A DNA stretch of 64,000 nucleotides from Camelus ferus (taxonomy: Eukaryota), in contig NC_045697.1 in the NCBI RefSeq assembly GCF_009834535.1, positions 11,534,001-11,598,000 on the forward strand. Reading direction: 5' to 3'. Under the pieces are notes generated by a model. That model saw nothing but the letters and a program-made list of their open reading frames with translations, was not told where the DNA came from and ran no database searches. Of the stretch, positions 25,600 through 37,174 are shown piece after piece (position 1 is the stretch's first letter; each line of letters starts with the position of its first letter). The position numbers and the translations under genes were made by a program.

Positions 25600-27590
25600 A
25601 ACTGTCATTTACTGAGCAGCTACTTTCTCCCAGGCCAAGTGCTGGGTACTATATAGAATCCCCTTCATCTTGTTCAACCCCTTACAACACCCCTAATAAG
25701 ACAGACATTCTCGTCCCTAATTTAGGGGCAAGGAAAAAGTGCCCAGGGTGGCATAGCTAGTCAACACCAGAGCCAGGAGTCAAAGGAAGGCGTTCCTGAA
25801 ACCAGCACCAGTGCCCCTAACTACTATGCCCCGCCGTCTCTCCGTGAACAGTTGCACTGTGGCCGGGACCCCTTACCAGGTAGGTGATGAATGTTTGTTT
25901 TGATGCTCCCTTTCAGTAAACATTCATTCAGTAAGTTCTTACCACATATAAGCCACTACCATAGGCACCATGGGGCACATCTGATGTAGCAAAGCCACGT
26001 CAATTTCTACCTACAATATGAAGGATAATGAAATACTTGCAAGAGACAAATACAAGAGAAGGCACACCCTGCAAATTCCTTGAGGGCAAGGATGGTATTT
26101 TTCTTGCTCATCTTATATCTCAGTGCCTCACAGTGCTTGGCCCATAGTGGGCTTTCAGTAAATATTTAATAAATGGATAAAAATAACTCATATTCATTAA
26201 GCACTTACCATGAGCCAAGCACTGTGTGAAGCCCTCAAGAGAAAATCACTCTCATTATCTCCATTGTGAACACTCTGGCGTAGAGACGTGCTTTGCCAAG
26301 AACCACAGGCGAGTAAGGCAGCACAGTCAGAATGCAAACCCACACAGCCTGCACTTTACTTGGGGGTGAGGGTTTCATCTTGAGGTTGACTTTGCTCCAG
26401 AGAGCATCCTGACTGCAGCAATCCGGGCTTCATGACTTCTCCACAACGTCCATGGAAAGAGAGGGCATCCCTTTCAATGGTTGTCTTAAGAGAGAACCAT
26501 CTTTCCCAGAATTCCCTCCACAGTCCCCCACCTTTTTTGTGTGTCTAATTAGCAGATATTGGTCAGATGCCTATTCCTAAACTGAACCTTGTACCAAAGT
26601 GAAGATGTGACTTGATTGGCTTTGGCCAAAGTTGCCAGTCCAACCAGGTCCAGGGAAGTAAAAGAGGGTGGGTTATCTTTAATAGGGTAAATCCCTGCAT
26701 CTGGAGATAGGTTCAAATTCCCCTGGAGCATGTGGGCTATCGGGAGGTGAGTAGGTGCATGGAAGTGAACAGGTGTAGTCTCAGGAAGGAGTAATGGGCA
26801 GCGTGGATGCTCTGTAGGCAACTGACTGTGTCCACTGTAATTCCTCCCCTTTAAAATTATACAACCACTCTCAGAATAAAGTCCAGATGCATTTGCAAAG
26901 CATACAACTTCTGTCACCATTCACCTTCAACCTGCATTTCCAGGAGCACCTCCAGCCACTGTCTGGACCAGTTCCCCGCCTCCTAGACTAGTCACGCTTC
27001 TCTAAGAGCCTGGCTCTGTTTATCCATCACTTTACCCTTACCTGTCCCATCCTGTGCCTGAAAAGCTTATCAACACTTAGTAACAAGGGCCGCTCTGATA
27101 AGATCCCTTTTCTCAGCACCACCACCACACTCCGCCCGCCGGCGTGATGCCGGAGCTGCAGTTCCCCAGTCTCTCCATCACGGGGCGCTGTGGAGCTGTG
27201 CGCACGGGTCGTCTTTTATCCCGGCCACGCAGCTCGTGGAGGGGACGGCAGCCAGACTCAGTGCCTGGAAAGTAGGCGGCGTGATTCTGAAGAAAATTAA
27301 GACTGTAAATCAATTACCCTTCAATTAAAATTTTTACAAATTTTAAAAAATAAAGAAAATAACGAGTTAATGAATCCTAATGTGATGTACTCTCTCAACT
27401 TGCAAGCTTTTCCTTCCCAACCCTTGTCAAGATTGAAATTACATATTCATTGATGTAATCATTCATTTGGGGTCTATTGCCCCATAAAAATATAAGCTTT
27501 GTGGGGGCAGGGACCATGTCTCTTGTTCACCTTGGCACCTATCACAGTGTCTGATACATTCCAAGGACTTAATAAATACCGGCTGAAGGA
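25600..27590. mobile_element. Mosaic of MIR (~25600-25830, ~26190-26360), L2 tails (~26070-26180, ~26900-27280, ~27390-27590) and an MLT1K/L-like LTR (~26380-26830)
   Basis: CATTTACTGAGCA...CCAGGC (MIR); TCCTTGAGGGCAAGGA...CATAGTGGGCTTTCAGTAAATATTT (L2); CTTTCCCAGAA...GTGACTTGATTGGC (MLT1). Confidence 0.6.
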
Positions 27591-29387
27591 ATCTAACAGC
27601 CAGGGTTTAAAGCTGCCTAAAAACTGCATACACTATTTTTTTCCCATCATATCTATTTCCTTCATCAAGGAAATAATATGGCTCATAGAAACAGAGTAGA
27701 AATCTAGGCTTTATTCCAGACATCTTTTCACAGCTTCGGTTGCTGGAAAGAGGCAAAAAACCCTCAGTCACATGATTTTGTATTTAGAATATTAATTTTC
27801 CCTAGGTCATGCAAAAACAGCGATACTTTCCTTAATGAAGTGCTCTTGTACTAATTTCTATTTGTATGCAAAAGACGTCATCGGTTTAACACATGGAGAC
27901 AATCTCCCCCACTCACGCACACCCATATCTGCATAGCAGAAGAAGGGAAAGGCTTCTGATTTATTACACATAAACAAAATGAATAAGATAACATTTTATT
28001 AGTTAGAAACCATTACGAAAACAGCAAGAAAATGAGACAGTACAAGTGGAAGACGCCCTTATCAATAAATCCTCGGAAGTTTAGGACCCTGGTGCATGTT
28101 GTAATAATAAAAAAGATAATTAAAAGGATGGAACTGCAGAACTGTATCATTTCATCAAGAAGCAGCCTCACAACAATAGGAAACATCAGGGCAGTGATGT
28201 TCTGTGCATCTCCAACCTGGATGGAAAAGAAAGGTGTTTGAGATTGAAGTTGTTTGAGCAAATGTGAGAAGAATCCATTTTTAGGTTGTGTCATATTGAA
28301 AACATGCAAATCCAGGCAAGAAATGGCTCCCTTTTAAAAATCAGTATCTTTTTAAGTCTTGTTTCTGGTGGTAAGCAATAAATAGCACGATTTAATTAGC
28401 TGTGTCCAGTCTATCAATTATAGTTGATATTATAACTAACAGCTGTAGGTGAGAAAGACAGTGTCATTGTTACTTTTTCTACAAGACACAGGGTTTTTCT
28501 TCCCTTGACTGAAAATCTTCATTTCATCCTAGAAAATCCTTGTGACACGTTGCAAATACTTTTTATATAAAAGCATCACAGGGAAACACAGAGATTCCAG
28601 AGGTTTTTCATTTCCCAGAGAGCCATAGTCAGTTTTTAGAAAGTAAATCGTGTCCCTACCCTTCCCTGCCCTCCAGGTCAATACTTCCCCTCCCCCATCT
28701 TGGTCAGTTTAATATGAGTCACTGCCTGGGCTTTGTTCTATGGAATAACATTTTCTCCTGGGAGTCAGTTCATGCAAAACACTCCCCGCTGAGAGAGTGG
28801 AAATTTACCCATAAGACATTCTTTTAGCAGCAAGACCCTGGAGGAAGCCTGATCAGAATGTTTAAAGTCTGGACTAGCCTGTTCTTAACTCCCTCTGCAT
28901 TTCTCAGAAGAAAAAAAAAACAAAAAAACAAAAAAAACTAAGCCATGTCTTTAAGGTTGATAACATCTGGTGACAACAGACACAATGAGATATGGTTGAA
29001 TGTAGAAAGAAAGCTGAAAATGAGTAGCTTATTTCCAATATTTCTTTTGCTATTCTATATTCTGTTTTCTCTTCTTCCTATTTTGGTTTGCAGTCATTCT
29101 GTAATCATTCGATGGATCAATGCATCAACTTTTTTATTTTAAACAACTGCCAGATATTCAATAAGTTATGTTAAGCCAGGTAGCTATTATTTCACAATGT
29201 TTTTAATAAACTCAAATGTATTTTCTGTAGTGCAAGTGACATCGATTTACCACCAAAATAAGACATGCATTGATAAATGGAGCAAATCATGAGAAAGCTC
29301 GATTGTGCTTTCTTTAGAAAGTCTTGAAGCAAGCTCAGCTTTGTAACATATACATAATAAAACATAATTAATAATTTATATAACGTA

Positions 29388-29446
29388 TCTATACACATAT
29401 ATGCATATATATACATATGCATATATATATGCATACATATACATAT
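29388..29446. repeat. (CATATA/TA)n alternating purine-pyrimidine microsatellite
   Basis: TATACACATATATGCATATATATACATATGCATATATATATGCATACATATACATAT. Confidence 0.85.
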
Positions 29447-30964
29447 CTTTTTTTGAAAGAGTAAAGCTACTGATCATGGAAGACTTGGGAAGTAGCCTTA
29501 CTAAGAACTTTGCTTCCCCCTTGTCATTTACCAGATATTTACCAGATGATGATGCAGGAAGTTGGAAGGAATATAACATTTCACCCCAGCAACTCTCACC
29601 TTAGAGAGGACTTAGATGGAGCTGGCTGACTTAAAACACCATCTGCTTGATGGCCAAGGAGCAGAAGCCTGATGGTCCCTTGGCTATACATTTTGTCATC
29701 TTTTCTCATTATTGAGAACACTGTTATCTTGGCTTTGAAAAGTGCACTTATAATACACTTTACTAAATAGTATGTAGAGTTGCACAGTGTATGCCTGTGT
29801 GAAAACCCTGTTCAAAATTTCAAAGTTTGCAAACTGGAAGAATAAGTGAGTGGCTCACTTAATTTATTTTAATCAGTTATATCAGGAAAATGCAATTCTA
29901 TTGAAGGGAAACCTTTGCAGAAGCGGAGAGCAATTATGTTTTGAACGCAGAGTACTCTTTTTAAAATAGACCATGTGTGCAGCATAAAAAAAAGCTTAGT
30001 AATGTCAATCATCTTGATTTCAAATTCCTTCAATGCAGCCCTTAAAGAGTGCAAAAATTACAGAAAGCAAAGCAAAAGCGATTTCTCTCAAGATTCTGTG
30101 CAGCTGTTCTCTGTAATTCTTGAACGCTCTTGATATAAATGTGTTTCCAAAGTTACTTGTTTGTAAAAGTAAAAATTACTGCAGTAACACTCTTAACCTT
30201 GTTTAAAATAGATATGCTCAAGTTGTACCTTAAAGAGAGCAACTCACCAGAGGCCCCTTGAGCGAGTTAAACTTTGACTAAATTTAAGTAATGGGATTCC
30301 CCCAATAATTAACATCACGTTGTGCAACAGAACAGCTTAGAAGTTGAGAAGTAGATAGCAATGGTGCAAATGGCAGCCTATTTAAAAGAATTTGTTAAAT
30401 TGTTGAAGAGGTACATGAGAGGCAGGTAAGAAAATTTTGCGGCAAGTACCACACTTCCAAAGACACATAGAAATGCTGAGAGCAGAGATCTCTGCTTTCA
30501 CAGATTTGGGCAGATTTCAAATAAAGTAAATGCATTTCACAGGTAAAAACAATCATGTTTCCTTTCCACCTAATGTAAGTAAATCAACCGTGAGCTCAAT
30601 ATTGAGTGGAAATCTCTTAAGATACAGTGACTTATAACCTGTCCAGATATGATTAACAAAGACCTTTGATTAAAGATGGGAATATAGATGGCTTGTGACA
30701 GGTAAATCCCTCTGGTTCGGTGTGCAAGTTTCCATTGTTTCATATATTCTTAGATTTGGGTCATTTTCTGGTTTGTAACACAGGAACTTGTGTAGATTTC
30801 ATTATTATTAGAAATTCCACCAGCAGGTTGAAACTTTGAACAAATACTTCAAGTCTCTTGGAAGAAATGAATAACCTAAAAGTACAGCATCAGTTTCATA
30901 ATGCAGGCAGCCTCTAGCTCAGAAATGGACTGCACTTCAGAAGCTCACTGGGAAGCTGATGGTT

Positions 30965-31150
30965 TAGCATTCAGAACGCATTTTCCGATAAAAGCAGTTT
31001 CATCATTGTGGCTGGTTTCCTAAGTTAGCAAAAAATCCTATTTAACTCATAATGAACCAGAAATGAGTGTTAGTATTAAAGAAGCATTATTTTAAATACA
31101 TCATTTGACCACTTGTGATACTATAATTGGGGAGAAACATATTTTAATTT
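30965..31150. mobile_element. Probable TcMar-Tigger fragment
   Basis: TCAGAACGCATTTTCCGATAAAA...CCTATTTAACTCATAATG resembles a remembered old Tigger consensus. Confidence 0.4.
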
Positions 31151-31769
31151 TTAAGTTAGACTGGTGAGAGCAGATATCTCCACCCTATTCCCTCAAAGCA
31201 TTGACAAATTACTGAGCATTAATCTACCTGGATACTAAGAATTTGTTAACTCTTGACAATTCCACCATTGCAGAAGGACAGTCATTTTTTTATGTTATTC
31301 ATTATCCATTTATTTTGTATCAGCTAACAAAATGATTGTATATCTGACCACTTATTAGCTGTGTGACCTTGGACAATTTATTTATTCTCTCTGTGCCTCA
31401 AAAGGCTGTTGTGAAAATAAATGAGATAATTTTTCTGCAGGAGATGTTTGCTCTGTGCCTCATCCAGTTTCCACGCCTCCTCTTCAAGCTCTATCCCTAG
31501 TTTCCATTGGAGAATTCTCTTCCCTCCCAGTTCTAATCCAGGTTCCCTAGGGTGGAGCACATGACCCAACCCTGCCAATCAGAGCTGGCTTCGGGGGTGA
31601 CCTCTAGGAGATTGCTTCAAGGGTGAGCCACCTACTGAAGCAGGTCCAATAAGACCTCAGAATAATTTTCCCTGGGAATGCTGAGTCAGAAACACTTGGT
31701 TTTCTCTGCTGGACTTGAATCTGGAAAGAGAGGGCTTCAGGAACAACTGGGATCTATCTTTATGCATTC

Positions 31770-32006
31770 TAGTGGTTCTCATTGGAGGGGAGAAGAGGGG
31801 GGTAGCCTATCCCATCACCCACAGAACATTTGGAAGAATATGAAAACATTTTTGGCTGTCACAACTCTCAGGGGACAAAGTTGCTGACTTATCTAGTGGG
31901 TAGAGGCCAGGGGTGTGCTAAACATCCTACAATGCACAGAATGGCCACTCACAGCAAAGAATTTTCTGTCCCAAAATGTCAGTAGTGCTGAGATTGAAAA
32001 TCCCTG
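31770..32006 (+). mobile_element. MER20 hAT MITE nested in an MLT1K-like LTR (~31440-32155)
   Basis: TAGTGGTTCTCA...ATCTAGTGGGTAGAGGCCAGG...GCTAAACATCCTACAATGCACAG...AAAATGTCAGTAGTGCTGAGATTGAAAATCCCTG. Confidence 0.88.
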
Positions 32007-32388
32007 CTCTAAATACATGGTAACCCCTAAAAACATCACAGAAGCAGAACTGACAAACAGAGAAAAATTGACTCCTGGTGATACTGTTTGACCCTGGATC
32101 TAATCACAACTTACTTGATTTTCTGTCCCACCCCCAAAGAATCTTAATTGATAAAACTAGTATATATGGAACATAATGCCTGACATACAATAGGCACCCA
32201 GTACATGGTTGCTGTTTTCATAAAGGTTATCACTCACATGAGAAGCAGGATGGGGAACCCAGAATGACAGTTTGTTTATAACCAAATGCTTATGGATTAG
32301 ATGCCATCTACATAAGAATTACATAGCAATCAGCTCCTTACAGCAGGCTCCTATGACCTCTCCTGTGTTCTCAATTCAGCCTACATTT

Positions 32389-33117
32389 CTTTTTTGTTTT
32401 TGTTTTTGAAGTATAGTCGGTTTACAATATTGTGTTAATTTCTGGCATACAGTACATAGTGATTTAGATATATTTATATTCCTTTTCTTATTCTTTTTCA
32501 TGTAGGCTATTACAAGGTATTGAATATAGTTCCCTGTGCTATACAGTAGGACCTTGTTTATCTATTTTATATATAGTAGTTAGTATCTGCCAATCTCAAA
32601 CTCCCAATTTATCCCTCCACCCCTTCTTCCCCACACCCCCACCCCGCCCCCGGTAACCATAAGTTTGTTTTCTATGTCTGTGAGTCTATTTCTGTTTTGT
32701 AAATAAGTTCATTTGTCTTTTTTTGTGTCTTTTTTTTTTTAAGATTCCACATATAAGTGATATCATATGTTATTTTTCTTTCTCTTTCTGGCTTACTTCA
32801 CTTAGAATGACAATCTCCAGGTCCATACATGTTGCTGCAAATGGCATTATTTTATTCTTTTGTATGGCTGAGTAGTTATTCCATTGTATAAATATACCAC
32901 AACTTCTTTATCCAGTCATCTGTCGATGGACATTTAGGTTGCTTCCATGTCTTGGCTATTGTAAATAGTGCTGCTATGAACACTGAGGTGCATGTATCTT
33001 TTCAAATTAAAATTCCTCTAGACATATGCCCAGGAGTGGGATTGCTGGATCATATGGTAAGTCAATTTTTAGTTTTTAAAGGAATCTTCATACTGTTTTC
33101 CATAATGACTGCACCAG
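32389..33117 (-). mobile_element. 5'-truncated young L1 (end of ORF2 plus 3'UTR)
   Basis: T-rich tail, then GAAGTATAGTCGGTTTACAAT...TTCCCTGTGCTATACAGTAGGACC...TTGGCTATTGTAAATAGTGCTGCTATGAACA. Confidence 0.93.
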
Positions 33118-33567
33118 CATCCCAAATTTCTGATTAGTCCTCAGAAAAAAAAAAAAAAAAAAACTTAGATCCAAAAGATAATGCCATTTTTGCCCAAAAT
33201 TTTCAGTTTTCTCTGGTTTACATCTCATATTATTGAAAAGTCTGTGCATCTGAAGGAGACTGAGTAATTAAAACAAAAGAAAAAAGGTGCAAGCTTTGTA
33301 CAGAATCGCTGTCTTTCTTTTAAACATGACTACCAGTCTGTCCATACAAACCAGTACGGCAATTTAAAATTGCTTCTTAAAATAATGTTTAGGGTTAAAA
33401 TATTATCTCATTTATAGCCCATATTTTTCTTTTCAGTTCTTGTTCTTTTGGAATATACCATGGAAGTGGACTGGGTGATAGTGCATCCTAGATTCATTGA
33501 AAACAAAAGTTGAAGATCTTTTTCTTTGTTTTTGATGTTGTCTCTGCCCCCAGAAGTGTGTATGTAT

Positions 33568-33591
33568 ACACACACACACACACACACACAC
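33568..33591. repeat. (AC)12 microsatellite
   Basis: Read directly. Confidence 0.95.
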
Positions 33592-35409
33592 GCCATTGGA
33601 TCAACTCAAAATAATTATCACATTTCCTGAGTTTAAAATCCTTTAGCTTTTAGGTCATAAGTTTCACAGTATTTTCACTCTCTTAGCAGTTTGTGCATTT
33701 TCATCCCTCTATAAGATATGAACATATTATACTAAGAGATATTATATAAATGAAACCATTATTCAAAATGAGAATCTCCTCTGCTAACAGCATCACTATT
33801 TGTAGCATATAAGACTAAATAAATGTCTCCCGTGAGTGACTAAATGCAAAATAAAAAGTAACCACTCAACTTTAATAGTTTAAAAAACGCTATTAAACAT
33901 AATGGCTTCTTGACATTCAAGTAGCGCTATGTTTTAAGTGATCTTCATTTTTTAAGAACTACTTTATTTTCATTTAAAATATTGATGGCAAATCAAGCTC
34001 TCCAGAGCAAGGAACCAGAGAAGAAAGCTTTCCTAAGAAAATAAACTTCCACGCACTCTGGATTTCCACGGTGCTATTTTTTTTATTTTGTTTTTGTTTG
34101 GTTTTGTTTTTGTGCTCTCCTGAGGCTATGTAATAACATCATATAAATGAACAACCTAAAAAAACCTGGTGGAGCAATCTTATTTCTCGAGATTTTCTTC
34201 AATCCCTGCCGAGATGGACTTTTGACCACATCCCAGCCTTCCTCCCTTCAACCTTAAGGGGGAGCTCTCATTTCTCTCCAGGACACCTGAGGAACAGAAT
34301 GGCCCAGTGGGACCACCATGGAATGAAACTCACTTAAAAGAGACGAGACAGGCAGAGGAGGGAGCCAGGGGAAGTAGAGCCTTCAAGGGAGGTAGTGACC
34401 CCTTTTCCTTTCTTATCCCTCTGCAGAAGATTAGCACTAGAATTCAGCTCAAAGGGAACAGAAAGCAACAAGAAGGTGCCAGGTATGCCCACACCTGATT
34501 TTAGCCTAGAATTCTTTGAAGGGCACCTTCAGAGTCCGGCTCTTATCCCACCCCTGTTGATGAGGTTCCAAGGAGAAAATCCTGGCGAGGAATTGGGTGT
34601 GTGGCTGATGGTCCCGTGCTGTATTGGAAGAACGTGGTGGTGCATGAGTAGGCGAGGGTTTGGGGAGAGGGGGAATGTAGAAAAGATGTGGGCATAGCTC
34701 TCCACGAGTAAGTGTTTAGTTGACTATAGAACAATACCAGAGCAAAGACCCTAATCCCTGCCCACTAGACCCTAAGCTCTCTGAGGGCAGGGCCTGCATC
34801 TGTCTTATTCCTGACAGTGCTCCCAGTCTCACAATAGTGCCTGGCTTGCAGCAGAAATGCATTGCACCAACCCCTTACCTGCCACAGGAAAACATAATGG
34901 GACCAACACTTGCTTACAGACTTGGAGCAACTCAAATAGTCTTCCTGGATGTTAGTTACCTTATTACCAAAAATGTAAGAGATGAAGTAAATGATTTCTC
35001 CAGTACATTATAGCCCTGTGAAGCTACAAAATATGCCCTAAGATTGAAACACAGCTATCACAAATTTACAGATTTGTGTCCAGAGAAACGACAACCATCC
35101 ACCTGTTCCTTATATACATCACTTGGAGTCACAGTTGGGAAAATTAAAAAATGTGAAGGTATTTGTCAGATTAAGTATTTCTGTCATATTCAAGGCAATA
35201 CCAAGGTCCACCCCCCAAACCACCAAAAAAGAGATTTCCATTCTGGCTGCCATCCACCTGGGGATATTTTTCATCTTGCTGTGGTCAGCAGCATTATTTG
35301 TCTGGAACTCTCAAAGATTTCATTCTTGGCTCACTGAGCATCCATGTTCAATATTGTGCAACAGGAAAAAATTGCCAAACCATAAAAGTCCCACCAAGAA
35401 CAAGTCCCC

Positions 35410-35890
35410 TTGGAGTGGCATGGCCAGACGTGCATAGGGTTTGAGTCAGACCTGCCGGAGCATGAACTCCAATAGAATGCTTAACCTCCTTGAACTACAG
35501 TCGCCTCCTCTGCAGTACGGTGATAGTTCCTGCCCTATTGAGTTGGGAAGATAAAATGAAATGATGTATGTGAAATGCATGTCTGAAATTAACACTCAAT
35601 GAATAATAGAAACTGTTATTGTTTAAGTTCCTTTCCCTTGCTTGGAGAAGTTAAGAAACAAATGATTTAAAGGATTAAAAAAAAAAAGTGGATGATGAGC
35701 TCTCTTTGAAAGATGGGAAATTGAAAGACCTGAGAAAGAGTCTGAATGTAGAGTCAGAAAATCTCGAATACCTCCTCTATTTATAGGATGTTTGATCTTG
35801 GGCAGGTCACTGTATCTCTCGAATCCAGCTTCCTCTTCTGTAAAACAAGATTAACTACGTGTCCTGAAAGCACTCTGTACATTCTAAAGT
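35410..35890 (+). mobile_element. Two MIR fragments
   Basis: TTTGAGTCAGACCTG...CTTAACCTC...; GAGTCAGAAAATCT...GATCTTGGGCAGGTCAC...CTTCCTCTTCTGTAAAA. Confidence 0.7.
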
Positions 35891-37174
35891 GCTATTCAAA
35901 TGTTCAGCGCTAACATTATTGTTACAGTAAACAAAATGGTCCAAGGACACGCTGAAAACACAGGCTTACGGAGCCGTGACATACTCGTGGACCGATGGGA
36001 AGCAGTAGCTAAGGATTTGCCAGGTTGACATTCTGGAACTGGAAAGAGGGTGATTTTTTTTAAGGTCTCTTTTGGCAATAGGGAAGCAAGGAAAGCAGAG
36101 TTAGAACTGCAGCCAGTTGTGGGTTCTTCCAGAGCAGTGGCAGCCTGACTAAGATGGGGTAGAGGAAATTAAAGCATGCTTGAATTGAACTACATTTGGA
36201 ATTATTTCCTCAGATGCAACCACGACCATCCTTGATTTCAGAAGGTGCTCTTTCTGTGATTCCGATGCATTTTACGTCCCTACACAGATTTAAGAAAGTC
36301 ACATAGCAGAAGACAAGAGAACAAAACTTGAACAGCAAAGGACTTTATTGTAAGCTCCCTTAAACATATTGCACTGAGGTGTGAAATGGTGGAAAGCAGC
36401 TCTGTATACACAGAGTATAACACAATTCACCTCGGAGGTTACTTAGGAACCTGACTTTATCAGAGATGTCAGTATTGTCGTAAAGTTTTCAGGAATCCAC
36501 AAATCACTATTCGCAAACCAGTCCCCACTAGCTTTGACAAATACTGACATTCCTTAGCGAGCCAGGGTGAGACCCGGGGTACTTTTCGGGGGATGAATGA
36601 CAAGTTGGGAGGAGTCAGTAGTCCACTGGAGGGGCAGTCGGGGGGCCATTAAGTCTAGCCAGTCATTAATCTCCAGGAAGTGCCCAGAACCAAGGTCATT
36701 ATTGCTATTATAAACTAAAAAGAAAAGGGAAAAAAAGGAGGCACGTAGCTCTTTTTTATGGGTGATACAGTTTCAATTGGCACATATTGAGCATTTCTAG
36801 AGATTTAATTAAGCAATCAGATTGCTTGAGTGGTCTCAATATTCAGTGCCTTTTATAGAGTTCTTTAATGACTATGCATAGAATTATTCTGGATACTTTA
36901 TGGACCATAGCAAGTGAAGTTTTATGTCTTCCCGGGAACACAGTGAACCTTTCCACCAACACCATAGCTTAAACAAAGGTTTCTGTTGTGTTGTTGTTTT
37001 GAAGTGGGGTGAGGATCGCAGACTTGTGTCTAGAACAGAGTAGCCAAAAGAATTAGAATGAAGATCATTTACTTATACCAAAAAGCATTTGACTCAGCTT
37101 CTTGATTCATGCCAGTGAAAAGCAGTACCAATATCCAGTGAGAAGAGGAGAGGCGGCACACTGAATATTGTATT

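Noticed and set aside
32377..33131. Putative TSD around the truncated minus-strand L1 (CAGCCTACATTTCT vs CAGCATCCCAAATTTCT)
   Set aside because: Too degenerate to call with confidence.
36271..36356. Exon-like segment ACAG|ATTTAAG...TTATT|GTAAGC
   Set aside because: Stops occur in all three frames and the exonic side of the donor is weak.
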